Both the position numbers and the translations under genes were made by a program. From positions 1,352,995-1,416,994 of the forward strand of contig NC_016940.1 in assembly GCF_000250635.1 (NCBI RefSeq): DNA of 64,000 nucleotides, in the 5' to 3' direction. The stretch is from Saprospira grandis str. Lewin. Its GTDB lineage: Bacteria; Bacteroidota; Bacteroidia; Chitinophagales; Saprospiraceae. Shown piece after piece: positions 1-9,041 of this stretch (the first letter of the stretch is position 1; each line of letters opens with the position of its first letter). The notes beneath the pieces are model-generated. The model was not told where the DNA came from. It saw nothing but the letters and a program-made list of their open reading frames with translations, and searched no databases.

Positions 1-625
1 GGCGGGCCGCGGCCAAAAAGGCAACAACTGGTTATCGGAAGCGGGACAGAATATAGCTCTAAGCCTTATTTTACGGCCAAAGTTCCTGCTGGTTAAAGAA
101 CAATTCCTATGGAACATGGCTATTTCCTTGGCCGTGCATGAGGTCCTGACAAATTGCCAGCTTCAACTGCCGCATTATATTAAGTGGCCCAATGATATTT
201 ATGTGGGCAACTTTAAGGTGGGGGGCATCCTCATAGAGAACCAGCTGCGGGGCAGCTACCTCGATTGGTCTGTGGTGGGCATAGGCTTAAATATATTTCA
301 AAAAGATTTCTCTCCTAAATTGCCCAATCCCAGCTCATTAGCCCTACTGACAGAAAAAAAATTGAACATAGATTCAATTCTGTCACAACTATATGCGGCC
401 ATAGAACGTCTATACCTCAAACTGCGGCAAGGCCGCGGCCAAGAACTTTGGTCCTTATATGAAAGCAAACTTTGGCGCTATAAGGAATGGTCCAAATTTA
501 AGTGGCAGGAAAAGGAGCATGAAGGCCGAATTTGGGGCGTAGCCCCCAATGGCCAACTTAAGATTATAGACCGAAAAGGACAGCTGCATTTATTCAACTT
601 TAAGGAAGTTCAATATATACTATAA
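1..625 (+). CDS. birA: Biotin--[acetyl-CoA-carboxylase] ligase BirA, 5'-truncated by window edge
   Basis: Frame 2 is open from position 2 with no upstream stop. The translation contains GRGQ...W and a KWPNDIY...GGILIE ligase core. A listed ORF at 116..625 is the in-window tail. Confidence 0.6.
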   Translation, partial: AGRGQKGNNWLSEAGQNIALSLILRPKFLLVKEQFLWNMAISLAVHEVLTNCQLQLPHYIKWPNDIYVGNFKVGGILIENQLRGSYLDWSVVGIGLNIFQKDFSPKLPNPSSLALLTEKKLNIDSILSQLYAAIERLYLKLRQGRGQELWSLYESKLWRYKEWSKFKWQEKEHEGRIWGVAPNGQLKIIDRKGQLHLFNFKEVQYIL

Positions 626-732
626 TTCCTTTTTTTCGGGCATACTGTTTGATGTTAAGAATTTTACAATACTGACGATGTTGTAAGTTAGAGAATTCAA
701 GGGACGAGCTTGGATTCTCTTTTTTTTTGGTC

Positions 733-1194
733 CTATTGCAATATAGGAGGCTCATCTTTGCCCTCCTCCTTTACTTCCTCTATATCTGAAAAAGGAATAT
801 CTAAGGGTTTATTTTCTTTTTTTGATGGCAACAAGCGGCTGCTGCCAAAATCCCAAAGGGTTTTTAGGTATAAAAAACCTAAAAATGGGCTAAAAGCGGC
901 TAGGCCTAGTAAGCTTCCGCCTATTCCTAACCAAATATTTTTGGCATAGAGGCCTTTGATATAATTATACACTCTAAGCAGTAACTGCCGATTGATCAAT
1001 AAGACCCCAACAGATAAGGCGGCAACAATCCACCAAACAAACTGCTTGAGGAAACCAATCACCACATAAATTAGCACCGAGACAACAATTAGGGCCAATA
1101 ACAATTGTATAAAACGAGCCAAGGGGCTGCTCTTTTCTTTTTCTTCTAAGTTCAACATAGATCCGTATCTTTGGTCTGCTCTAAATATAGACAC
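733..1194 (-). CDS. hypothetical small membrane protein (2-3 predicted TM helices)
   Basis: 153-aa ORF with long hydrophobic stretches (LLLALIVVSVLIYVVIGFL, WWIVAALSVGVLLI). It sits between birA and uvrC. No recognised family. Confidence 0.4.
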   Translation of the reverse strand: MSIFRADQRYGSMLNLEEKEKSSPLARFIQLLLALIVVSVLIYVVIGFLKQFVWWIVAALSVGVLLINRQLLLRVYNYIKGLYAKNIWLGIGGSLLGLAAFSPFLGFLYLKTLWDFGSSRLLPSKKENKPLDIPFSDIEEVKEEGKDEPPILQ

Positions 1195-1237
1195 TTTTTA
1201 AAGGAGCTGCCTTATATTGGCCCCCTTTTTAGCCAGA

Positions 1238-1395
1238 GAAGGCGGCGCAGCCGCCGCAGAGGAGCGCAGCGACTGGCTGAGGGATGGATAGCAGTGGCCG
1301 TTAGGCCAGACCCAGCCGCCAAAGGCGGCGCAGGGCCGAGCGAACAGCGAGCTGCGACATAGCCCGACCCGACCGAAGGGAGGGGCAGCCCCAAA
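1238..1395 (-). repeat. GC-rich interspersed element, subfamily A1 (…CAGCAGTGGCC…GCAGGGCCGAGCGAACAGCGAGCTGCGAC…GGGGCAGCCCCAAAA)
   Basis: Near-identical copies at 19292, 46914, 58355 and 63196. Reverse-complement copies at 8691 and 18422. Ends 38 nt upstream of the uvrC ATG. Confidence 0.85.
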
Positions 1396-1432
1396 ACAAA
1401 ATGCTAAATAAGCCGCTAATTTTTAGTCTATT

Positions 1433-3244
1433 ATGAATAAAGAGGATTATAAAAAGCTTTTGCCCAGTTTGCCTACAGATCCGGGTGTTTACCGATTTAT
1501 TGGGGCCGATGAGGAGATTTTGTACATCGGGAAAGCCAAAAATCTCAAGAAGCGGATTGCCTCCTATTTTACGAGCCGCAAGGATATGCGCCGTAAGACG
1601 AAGCGGATGGTCATGGCTGCAAAAAAGCTGAATTATACGCTGGTAGAGACGGAGCAGGATGCCCTTTTGCTAGAGGCTACGCTGATCAAAAAGCATCAGC
1701 CGCGCTATAATGTGGCCCTAAAACACAGCCGGCCCTACCCTTATATTTGCATCAAAAAAGAGCGTTTTCCGAGGATTATGATTAGCCGAAAAGTGCTGCA
1801 GGATGGCTCTAAATACTATGGTCCTTATGTATCTAAAAAGCGGATGTACACGCTCTTAGAGCTAATTAAAGAATTGTTTCAACTGCGCAGTTGTGCCCTC
1901 AACTTATCGGAGGAAAGCATTGCGGCGGGCAAGCATAAAGTTTGCCTTGAGTACCATATCAAAAACTGCAAAGCGCCCTGTGTGGGTTTTGAATCGGAGG
2001 CCAATTATATGGACAAAATTGAGCAGGTCCAAAATATGCTAAAAGGCCAGTTGGGAGCGGTGCGCAAATACCTCAAATCGGAAATGGGGCGCTATGCCGA
2101 GGAGCTCAATTTTGAGCAGGCGCAGCGGACAAAAGTGCAATTGGCTTTGCTTGAAAACTATCAGGGAAAATCGACGGTGGTCAATGCCAATATCCGTGAT
2201 TTGGATGTCTTTACCCTGGCCCAAGATGAAAAAGGCGAGATGGCTTATATTAACTACCTCAAGGTGGTAGAGGGGGCAATTATCAACACCTTTATGCTGG
2301 AGCTCAAGCAGAATTTAGATACCGAAGCGGAGGATTTGCTGCTTTTTGGGATTCGAGAACTGCGAGAGAAATTCCAAAGTATTGCGCCTGAAATTGTTGT
2401 CCCCTTCGAGATTCAGCTGCCTTGGTCCGAGATCCAACTGACGGTCCCCAAAATTGGCGATAAGAAAAAACTGCTGGAGCTTTCTGAGAAAAATGCCAAG
2501 TATTTCATCCTCCAAAAGCAAAAACAAGCCTTGGCCAAGGCCAACAAAATGGGCAAAGCCGAGCAGCTGTTGGAGATCATGAAAAAAGACCTACAAATTG
2601 ATGATTTGCCCATTCATATTGAGTGTTTTGACAACTCCAATTTGCAGGGGAACCAGCCCGTTTCGGCCATGGTGGTTTTTAAAAATGGGCGACCTGCCAA
2701 AAAAGAATATCGGCATTATCATGTCAAAACGGTAGTGGGTCCAGATGATTTTGCCTCTATGGAAGAGGTCGTTTTTCGCCGATACAAGCGCCTTTTGGAA
2801 GAGAAAAAACCCCTCCCCCAACTAATTGTGATTGATGGAGGCAAGGGACAGCTTTCTGCGGCCGTCAAAAGCCTCAAAGCCCTAGGCATTTTTGAGCGTT
2901 TGGCCATTATTGGCATTGCCAAGCGGCTAGAAGAAATCTTCTTTCCCAATGATCCCGTACCGCTTTTGCTCTCTAAAAAATCGCCCACGCTCAAGGTCAT
3001 TCAGCAAGCCAGAGACGAGGCCCACCGCTTCGCTATTAGCTTCCACAGAGATGTTCGTTCTAAGCAATTTTTGCAAAATGAGCTGCGGCAAATTCCGGGC
3101 GTTGGCGAAAAAACCCAGGAGAAACTGCTCCTGGCCCTTGGCTCTGTCAAAGAGGTCAAGAAGGCCAATTTAAGCCAATTAGAGGCCATTGTTGGAGCAA
3201 ATTTGGCCAAAAAAATCCGTACTTACTTCGATGCCAAAAGCTGA
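1433..3244 (+). CDS. uvrC: excinuclease ABC subunit C (UvrC)
   Basis: N-terminal GIY-YIG motif (GVYRF...ILYIGKAKNLKKRIASYF). 603 aa with a C-terminal HhH region. Confidence 0.9.
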   Translation: MNKEDYKKLLPSLPTDPGVYRFIGADEEILYIGKAKNLKKRIASYFTSRKDMRRKTKRMVMAAKKLNYTLVETEQDALLLEATLIKKHQPRYNVALKHSRPYPYICIKKERFPRIMISRKVLQDGSKYYGPYVSKKRMYTLLELIKELFQLRSCALNLSEESIAAGKHKVCLEYHIKNCKAPCVGFESEANYMDKIEQVQNMLKGQLGAVRKYLKSEMGRYAEELNFEQAQRTKVQLALLENYQGKSTVVNANIRDLDVFTLAQDEKGEMAYINYLKVVEGAIINTFMLELKQNLDTEAEDLLLFGIRELREKFQSIAPEIVVPFEIQLPWSEIQLTVPKIGDKKKLLELSEKNAKYFILQKQKQALAKANKMGKAEQLLEIMKKDLQIDDLPIHIECFDNSNLQGNQPVSAMVVFKNGRPAKKEYRHYHVKTVVGPDDFASMEEVVFRRYKRLLEEKKPLPQLIVIDGGKGQLSAAVKSLKALGIFERLAIIGIAKRLEEIFFPNDPVPLLLSKKSPTLKVIQQARDEAHRFAISFHRDVRSKQFLQNELRQIPGVGEKTQEKLLLALGSVKEVKKANLSQLEAIVGANLAKKIRTYFDAKS

Positions 3245-3723
3245 GTGCTGGCCGTCTGCATCAAAATGCCAAAACTGACAGCTACGTTCAGACAAGAGGT
3301 TTGTCCATGCCCTTGAATATAAATTTTCTGGTCGATCAAGGGCGCAATGTCTTCGGGCAAACCCGTTTTTTCATTGCCTACAATTAGCAAATCTTGGGCT
3401 TCAAACTGGACCTCATGCAGCATTTTGGCGCTAGGATCTACCCAAGTGGCCATTTTTCGGCCTGGATAATTGGCCAGAAAATCGGCTACATCTAAAATGG
3501 GAATCACTTCAATGTGCTCAATAGCGCCAGCTGTCCACACCCTAGCCATTTTCTCCATTTCGGCTCTGGCAAATTTGCTTTTGCCTGGCGGTAGCAACAA
3601 ATCATTTTGGTCGTAGATATAGATTTTCTTCAAGCCATAAAACTCTGCGGTCCGAATCATCGAGGATAAGTTCGGGCGATATTGAGGCGCATGTAATAAG
3701 GCGGCAAGTTGAGGTACTGACAT
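3223..3723 (-). CDS. SpoU/TrmH-family RNA 2'-O-methyltransferase (SPOUT)
   Basis: 166 aa with an LLIVGNEKTGLPEDI motif typical of the SpoU methylase C-terminal knot region. Confidence 0.6.
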   Translation of the reverse strand: MSVPQLAALLHAPQYRPNLSSMIRTAEFYGLKKIYIYDQNDLLLPPGKSKFARAEMEKMARVWTAGAIEHIEVIPILDVADFLANYPGRKMATWVDPSAKMLHEVQFEAQDLLIVGNEKTGLPEDIAPLIDQKIYIQGHGQTSCLNVAVSFGILMQTASTQLLASK

Positions 3724-3736
3724 ATTTATTTTTGTT

Positions 3737-4087
3737 TTTTTGGGGCCTCCCGCCTTTGGCGGGCGCTACGTTTCGGGGCTCGCAGGTCTGCTCGGCCCTG
3801 CGGCCTGACGGCCTTGGTCTGCGGCTAAGCCGCCCCCCTACACATCGCTAGGCCATTTGGCCTGCGGCTAGGGCTACACATCGGTTACTCCCTTTGGTCA
3901 TCGAACTGGCGCCCCTATAGGGGCTGGTTGTTGGGGCTCGCTGTTACTTGCTTCGCTGCGTCGGCTCCCCTTGGTCGGGTCGCTCGGCCCTGCGGCCTGA
4001 CGGCCTTGGTCTGCGGCTAAGCCGCCCCCCTGCACATCGGTTATTCCCTTTGGTCATCGAAGACGGCCTAAAGGCCTTGTTGTGGCC
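3737..4087 (+). repeat. composite GC-rich interspersed element, subfamily A2 (TTTTGGGGCCTCC…CGCTACGTTTCG…CTCGGCCCTGCGGCCTGACGGCCTTGGTCTGCGGCT…CATCGCTAGGCC), with an internal partial duplication
   Basis: A full A2 unit is followed by the GGTTACTCCCTTTGGTCATCGAACTG sub-unit and a second partial A2 unit. Same family as 42783, 50327 and 55598, and as reverse copies at 7279, 26218, 30637, 40456 and 51411. Confidence 0.8.
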
Positions 4088-4147
4088 AAAAAAGAGAGCC
4101 CCCAGCTAGCTGCGCTGGCTGGGGGCTCTTGTGTAATAGAGCAAAGT

Positions 4148-5062
4148 CTAGAGCTTCACTTCCATCAAGTTTTGGAAAGCTTTCTTACGAGCGTCCAAAG
4201 CAGCCTCATCAATTTCTTTGAGGCGGTTAGGACCAAAAGCTTCTACACAGAAAGAAGCCACTACAGAACCGTAGACCAAAGCACGCTTCATGCTCTCCAA
4301 AGAGTGGTCATCTTCTTGGGCCAAATAGCCCATAAAGCCACCCGCAAAGCTATCGCCAGCTCCAGTAGGATCAAATACTTCTTCCAAAGGCAAAGCAGGA
4401 ACAAAGAAAGTAGATTCGCCATGGAACAACAAAGCGCCATGCTCCCCCTTCTTAATCACCAAATATTTGGGGCCCATCTCACGGATTACACGAGCCGCCT
4501 TTACTAGAGAGTACTCCCCAGACAACTGACGAGCTTCCTCATCATTGATAATTAGAATATCTACCTGCTTCAATACCGCCTTGAGCTCCTCCATGGCAAT
4601 ATCCATCCAGAAGTTCATGGTATCCATAGCAACCAATTTAGGGCGCTTTTCTAGTTGCTCCAACACCTGCATTTGAACAGCAGGCGCAAAGTTACCCAAC
4701 AAAAGGTATTCAGGGTTTTTATAGCCTTCGGGCAATTTGGGGCTATAGTTCTCCAATACATTGAGCTCTGTGGCCAAAGTATCCCGAGCATTCATATTCA
4801 TGTGATAGCGACCGGCCCAAAAGAAAGACTTTTCGCCTTCGCGCTTCTCCAATCCATCCAAATTAACGCCTCTGGCTTCCAAAGCAGCCAACTCCTCTGC
4901 AGGAAAATCCTCGCCAATTACAGATAGCAATTGCAAGTCTTTATGAAAATGAGAAGCCGCCCAAGCAATATAAGTACCAGCACCACCAATGATGCGGTCT
5001 GCCTTGCCAAAAGGAGTTTCAATGGTATCAAAGGCAACAGTGCCCAATGTCAATAAGCTCAT
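4148..5062 (-). CDS. PfkB-family carbohydrate kinase (ribokinase-like)
   Basis: DPTGAGDSFAGGF signature near the C-terminus. ATG at 5060-5062 gives MSLLTLGTVAFD. The listed ORF starts at an upstream GTG. Confidence 0.75.
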   Translation of the reverse strand: MSLLTLGTVAFDTIETPFGKADRIIGGAGTYIAWAASHFHKDLQLLSVIGEDFPAEELAALEARGVNLDGLEKREGEKSFFWAGRYHMNMNARDTLATELNVLENYSPKLPEGYKNPEYLLLGNFAPAVQMQVLEQLEKRPKLVAMDTMNFWMDIAMEELKAVLKQVDILIINDEEARQLSGEYSLVKAARVIREMGPKYLVIKKGEHGALLFHGESTFFVPALPLEEVFDPTGAGDSFAGGFMGYLAQEDDHSLESMKRALVYGSVVASFCVEAFGPNRLKEIDEAALDARKKAFQNLMEVKL

Positions 5063-5188
5063 AGTAAAATTGATTTTTTTTCTGGGCACAAAAAAACAGA
5101 AAAAGGCCGAAAAAACGGCAGCCTAGCCCCCTTTTTTTGCCTAGCCCAAAAGAAACTCCATTTTTTTTATGCCTTTTTTTGCAAAAAG

Positions 5189-5220
5189 TTTGGCAAAACC
5201 AAAAAGGGCTCCTATATTTG
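5189..5220 (+). promoter_or_regulatory. putative Bacteroidota sigma-A promoter for the tRNA-Asn pair (TTG … 21 nt … TATATTTG)
   Basis: TAnnTTTG -7 motif at 5213-5220 with TTG at 5189-5191, about 40 nt upstream of the first tRNA. Confidence 0.4.
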
Positions 5221-5260
5221 CATACGCAAAGAGGGAACAGCCCTCTAAAAGCAAACACAC

Positions 5261-5334
5261 GCTTCCATAGCTCAGTTGGTTAGAGCATCTGACTGTTAAT
5301 CAGAGGGTCCCTGGTTCGAGCCCAGGTGGGAGCG
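5261..5334 (+). tRNA. tRNA-Asn (anticodon GTT)
   Basis: Cloverleaf folds by hand. The 7-bp acceptor stem is GCTTCCA/TGGGAGC. D-arm is AGCTCAGTTGGTTAGAGC, anticodon loop is CTGTTAA, T-arm is GGTTCGAGCCC. CCA is not encoded. Confidence 0.85.
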
Positions 5335-5359
5335 CTACTCATACACAACAATATATTTT

Positions 5360-5433
5360 GCTTCCATAGCTCAGTTGGTTAGAGCATCTGACTGTTAATC
5401 AGAGGGTCCCTGGTTCGAGCCCAGGTGGGAGCG
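5360..5433 (+). tRNA. tRNA-Asn (anticodon GTT), second identical tandem copy
   Basis: Identical 74-nt sequence 25 nt downstream of the first copy. Confidence 0.85.
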
Positions 5434-5438
5434 CAAAA

Positions 5439-5470
5439 GCCCGACTTCATTTGAAGTTGGGCTTTTTTTT
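5439..5470 (+). terminator. rho-independent terminator of the tRNA-Asn operon
   Basis: GCCCGACTTC-ATTT-GAAGTTGGGC hairpin (10 bp, one G.U pair) followed by T8. Confidence 0.8.
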
Positions 5471-5507
5471 ATTAGCTTTACATATCAAACACATAAAAAA
5501 ACGAATT

Positions 5508-6266
5508 GTGTACTTTTGTTATGTAGATGAAAGTGGTAATCCTGGTCTTTATCAGGGCCAAAACTCTAAGCACTTCATATTAAGTGGCTTTATTATCCAT
5601 ATAAGTGATTGGCAAAATGGATTAGAGGAAATTAAAGTCCTAAGAAAAAAGGTCAATACTAAATACAATATTAGGTACAGAACTGAAATTCATGCTAGTG
5701 AACTAATTCGTATCTCGAAGCAGAAGGAATATCGAAAAATTCATAAGAGTCAAAGAATTGCTTTGCTCAAAGATATTAGCATAAGTATCCCTCAAATGTT
5801 TCCTAAAGCAAAAGTAATTAACATTAGCCTAGACAAGCTAGCCTTAGGCAACAAGGCTAATTTTCAAGAGGTAGCTTGGAGTCGCCTAATTCAAAGATTT
5901 AATAATTTTTTAGAGCGACAGTCCCCCTCTTCCTACGGTTTAATCATTGCAGATAATACAGACGAAAATACTATTCGATCTCTGCTTAGAAAAATGCGCT
6001 CCTACAACCCTATTCCTAAGGGTGCTGGCCAAACAGGATACTATCAAAAGCCCACTACAAAAATTTTAGAAGATCCTGTCCTTAGAGATTCTAAGCATTC
6101 TTACTTTATTCAAATTGCAGATTGTATTGCTCACCTTCTTTATCGAAAAGAATACCCCAAAGGAAGCCTTCGAAAATGGAATATTCATCGCCTATTTAAT
6201 TATCTGGACCCTATTCTCTTAAAAGCAGCTTCTCGTTCAGATGCAGAAGGAATTGTCCGTAAATAA
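5508..6266 (+). CDS. DUF3800-like protein (N-terminal YVDESG motif), AT-rich gene
   Basis: Probable GTG start at 5508 giving MYFCYVDESGNPG. The listed TTG start at 5451 lies inside the tRNA terminator hairpin. The gene is visibly AT-richer than its neighbours. Confidence 0.5.
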   Translation: MYFCYVDESGNPGLYQGQNSKHFILSGFIIHISDWQNGLEEIKVLRKKVNTKYNIRYRTEIHASELIRISKQKEYRKIHKSQRIALLKDISISIPQMFPKAKVINISLDKLALGNKANFQEVAWSRLIQRFNNFLERQSPSSYGLIIADNTDENTIRSLLRKMRSYNPIPKGAGQTGYYQKPTTKILEDPVLRDSKHSYFIQIADCIAHLLYRKEYPKGSLRKWNIHRLFNYLDPILLKAASRSDAEGIVRK

Positions 6267-6293
6267 AAATGCCCTAGTTTAAACAACTAGGGA
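6264..6293. terminator. possible bidirectional terminator hairpin (CCCTAGTT-TAAAC-AACTAGGG)
   Basis: 8-bp stem right after the 5508..6266 stop. An A-run on the + strand gives a T-run for the minus strand. Confidence 0.4.
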
Positions 6294-6413
6294 CTTTGTC
6301 GTGGCTCGCACTTTCTCAAATGGAGAAGCAAGTCACATTATATTTTATGAGCAGCAACTCAACAGATTAAATATACTCTTTTTATTTCAGCATACATAAA
6401 AATAGATTATTTT

Positions 6414-7262
6414 TTATTCCTGCAAGCGCTTTAAGGCCTTAGGCCGCAAGCGCCACAACTTGGCCCCCGATAAAATTGAGCGCTCTGTGGTTAAATACAG
6501 CTGCGCATCTGGTCCAAAACAAAGGGCCTCTTGCTGCCGCAAAGGCAGGCGTATGCGCTGCTCTAATGGACCAAAACGGCCCCGCTCAAAAGAAAAGCGG
6601 TACAAATGCCGCATACTTAATAAATAAAGACTTTGCTCTCCTTCTCGATAAGCTGCGGCCGTAACCGATTGCCATAAACCACCCTTTTTTAGCTGTATGC
6701 TATCGCAGAGGCGGGCCGCCTGCGGCCCCGCCTCTTTGCCCAAGGCATAGAGATAATGCCAGCCATCATGCGGACGATGGCGGTTTTTGGTCACTATATA
6801 CAAGCTGTCGCCTTGGGCAAAAAGGGCCTCCGCATCAAAGTGGCGCTGCCAAGAGGCGGCGGGAAAAGCAATTTGCTCTGGATAATAAAAGCTAATTTTT
6901 TGAGGCTGAATTTCTTTTTGGTCCAAAGCCGATTTGGGAAAAAAATAGATGCAAAGATCTTGGCGCTGATTTAAATTATTGCCCATATCGGCCAAATAAA
7001 TAAATGCGCTATCAGTAGCAAGCGCCTCCCAATCTACATTAGGCGCTAAAATGTTGATGCTGCGCTGCAAATGCCCTTTTTGGTCCAATTCATAGAGCAA
7101 AGGAGCGTTTCCACCATCATTATGGCTATAAAAACTGCCGCTGCTGTCGATCCAAAGACCAGAACTTTCCGAAATAGGCAGGCGGCCCAAAGAACTCAAA
7201 CGACAAGCCGACAAACTTAGGCAAAGGAGCAAAATGCCAATACAACTTTTCATAGACAGCAA
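6414..7262 (-). CDS. lipoprotein, possibly SdiA-regulated/phytase-like beta-propeller family
   Basis: Signal peptide with an LSAC lipobox if started at Met4 (7253). ESSGL...SHNDGG motif. Family assignment is tentative. Confidence 0.5.
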   Translation of the reverse strand: MLSMKSCIGILLLCLSLSACRLSSLGRLPISESSGLWIDSSGSFYSHNDGGNAPLLYELDQKGHLQRSINILAPNVDWEALATDSAFIYLADMGNNLNQRQDLCIYFFPKSALDQKEIQPQKISFYYPEQIAFPAASWQRHFDAEALFAQGDSLYIVTKNRHRPHDGWHYLYALGKEAGPQAARLCDSIQLKKGGLWQSVTAAAYREGEQSLYLLSMRHLYRFSFERGRFGPLEQRIRLPLRQQEALCFGPDAQLYLTTERSILSGAKLWRLRPKALKRLQE

Positions 7263-7278
7263 TTTTTGCGGTGGACAG

Positions 7279-7413
7279 GCGGCGAAGCCGCCGCAGGCCT
7301 AGCGATGCGGAGGGGTGGCCGAAGGCCAGACCAAGCCGCTCTAAGCGGCGAAGGGCCGAGCAGACCTGCGAGCCCCATAGCGTAGCGCCTGCCGAAGGCA
7401 GGAGGCCCCAAAT
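7279..7413 (-). repeat. GC-rich interspersed element, subfamily A2 (reverse orientation, ends GGAGGCCCCAAA)
   Basis: CCTAGCGATGCGG…GGCCAGACCAAGCCG…GGGCCGAGCAGACCTGCGAGC…CGTAGCGCCTGCC…GGAGGCCCC matches the reverse complement of the 42783 copy. Confidence 0.8.
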
Positions 7414-7450
7414 AAAAAGGCATCTAGCCGAAGCCAAATGCCTTTATCTC

Positions 7451-8593
7451 TTAATCGACAATCATGGTATTTTTATCCAATTCTTGTTGACGAATATTTT
7501 CGGGTAGTTCTAAATACTCGTATTCCTGATTGCGCAATTGCGGACGGAAACCCGCCTCGCGGATGGCGTCTTGAATCCCCTGGGCCGTAAATCGGAAGGC
7601 AGCACCAGCGGCAGAAACCACATTTTCCTCAATCATGATGCTTCCAAAATCGTTGGCGCCAGCATGTAGACAAGCTTGGGCCACCTGTTTCCCTACGGTC
7701 AGCCAAGAGGCCTGAATATTGGTCACATTGGGCAACATAATGCGGCTGAGGGCAATCATACGGATATATTCATCGCCGCTCACATCTCGGCGTTTGATTT
7801 TCAGGCGAGACAAAATCGTGTCTTCATCCATAAACGGCCAGGGAATAAAGGCCAAAAAGCCTTTGGCCTCCTTGGGTTTTTCGTTTTGCACCTCTCTCAA
7901 CCAAACCAAATGCTCCATGCGCTCATAATTGGTCTCGATATGGCCAAACATCATGGTGGCGCTGGTCGTCAGATGCAATTGATGGGCTGCCCGCATCACA
8001 TCTAGCCACTCTTGGCCCCCGCATTTTCCACGAGAAATACGGCGACGCACCCGATCATTGAGAATTTCGGCACCTGCCCCAGGCAAAGAATCTAGGCCCG
8101 CTTCTTTGAGGCGGCTGAGCACCTCTGTATGCGAAAGCTGATCAATTTTGGCGATATGCGCGATTTCGGGCGGGCCCAAAGCATGCAATTTGAGGTTAGG
8201 ATAAAGCGATTTGAGCTCCTTAAACAGATCACAATAGTAATCAATGCCCAAATCGGGATGGTGTCCACCTTGCAAAAGCAACTGCTGGCCGCCATACTCC
8301 ATCAACTCATCAATTTTGCGCTTATAAGTGTCAATAGACGTAATATATGACTCCTCATGGCCAGGGCGGCGGAAGAAATTACAGAACTTACAGTTGGCAA
8401 TACAAACGTTCGTGGTATTCGAGTTCCGGTCGATAATCCAGGTCACCACATCATTAGGGACATGATGCTGCCGCAGGCGGTTACCCACATACATCAACTC
8501 GGCGGTGCTTGCCTCTTCGAGCAAAAAAACACCCTCCTCAATACTGAGCTCTTCTAGTTGCAGGGCTCTATGCAATAAATCGCTTACATTCAT
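7451..8593 (-). CDS. radical SAM enzyme, MqnC/MqnE family (futalosine-pathway menaquinone biosynthesis) or close relative
   Basis: CIANCKFCNF CxxxCxxC cluster motif. About 380 aa from the ATG at 8591-8593 (MNVSDLL). Length and layout fit MqnC/MqnE/CofH-type enzymes. Confidence 0.55.
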   Translation of the reverse strand: MNVSDLLHRALQLEELSIEEGVFLLEEASTAELMYVGNRLRQHHVPNDVVTWIIDRNSNTTNVCIANCKFCNFFRRPGHEESYITSIDTYKRKIDELMEYGGQQLLLQGGHHPDLGIDYYCDLFKELKSLYPNLKLHALGPPEIAHIAKIDQLSHTEVLSRLKEAGLDSLPGAGAEILNDRVRRRISRGKCGGQEWLDVMRAAHQLHLTTSATMMFGHIETNYERMEHLVWLREVQNEKPKEAKGFLAFIPWPFMDEDTILSRLKIKRRDVSGDEYIRMIALSRIMLPNVTNIQASWLTVGKQVAQACLHAGANDFGSIMIEENVVSAAGAAFRFTAQGIQDAIREAGFRPQLRNQEYEYLELPENIRQQELDKNTMIVD

Positions 8594-8690
8594 AGCTTTT
8601 TGTTTCCAGATTCTCTCTTTTAACAGCCCTTTGGGCCTATGGTTGCTGCAAAGATACAACTTTTTTCATCTGTTATTGAAAGTAGGCATA

Positions 8691-8848
8691 TTTTGGGGCT
8701 TCCCCTGCGGCCTTCGGCCTTGGGTCGGGCTCTGTCGCAGCTCGCAGGCTTGCTCGGCCCTGCAGCGCTTCGCGCTTTGGTCTGGCCCTTCGGGCCACTG
8801 CTATCCATCCCTAAGCCAAGTCGCTTCGCTCCTTTCTACTGCTTGGAG
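8691..8848 (+). repeat. GC-rich interspersed element, subfamily A1 (TTTTGGGGCTTCCCC… orientation)
   Basis: Reverse complement of the 1238 type. The CCCCAAAA end faces the start of the radical-SAM gene. Confidence 0.85.
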
Positions 8849-8863
8849 CAGAGGGCTAGGCAC

Positions 8864-8901
8864 AAAAAAATGAGCAGCTACTTTCCCCAAAGTAGCTGCT
8901 C
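8864..8901 (-). terminator. rho-independent terminator for the 1056-aa gene
   Basis: GAGCAGCTACTTT-CCCC-AAAGTAGCTGCTC, a 13-bp stem. The A7 run at 8864-8870 gives a T-run on the minus strand. Confidence 0.75.
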
Positions 8902-9041
8902 TGTAATCCCCATGATTTACCCCAAACTTAATTGAAGTTAGAGCAAGTATTTCCTTTTGCTCTATTGCAAATTTAAGGGAGCAAACAATTAGTTTTCTAG
9001 GCCATTTAGGCAAAACTAAAAATTAGGTATTTCACTTAGAC

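Noticed and set aside
710-949. 79-aa ORF on the + strand overlapping the 733..1194 membrane-protein ORF
   Set aside because: The overlapping minus-strand ORF has coherent TM-helix structure. This one is serine/low-complexity and fully embedded.
1171-1394. Short GC-rich ORFs inside repeat-element copies (also 7126..7507, 8620..8935, 12407..13040 N-terminal parts, 14271..14471, 18403..18627, 19236..19454, 26236..26436, 29838..30044, 40349..41061, 42767..42961, 46867..47103, 51017..51508, 55381..55820, 58294..58491, 62909..63136)
   Set aside because: Every one is confined to, or initiated within, a copy of the GC-rich interspersed element. They are open only because of GC richness. The conserved peptides simply mirror conserved DNA.
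5189-6300. Integrated prophage or genomic island at the tRNA-Asn pair
   Set aside because: No integrase, no tRNA 3'-end direct repeat and no phage genes lie within reach. Only a single AT-rich gene follows the tRNAs, so the evidence is insufficient. It is kept as a low-level finding instead.
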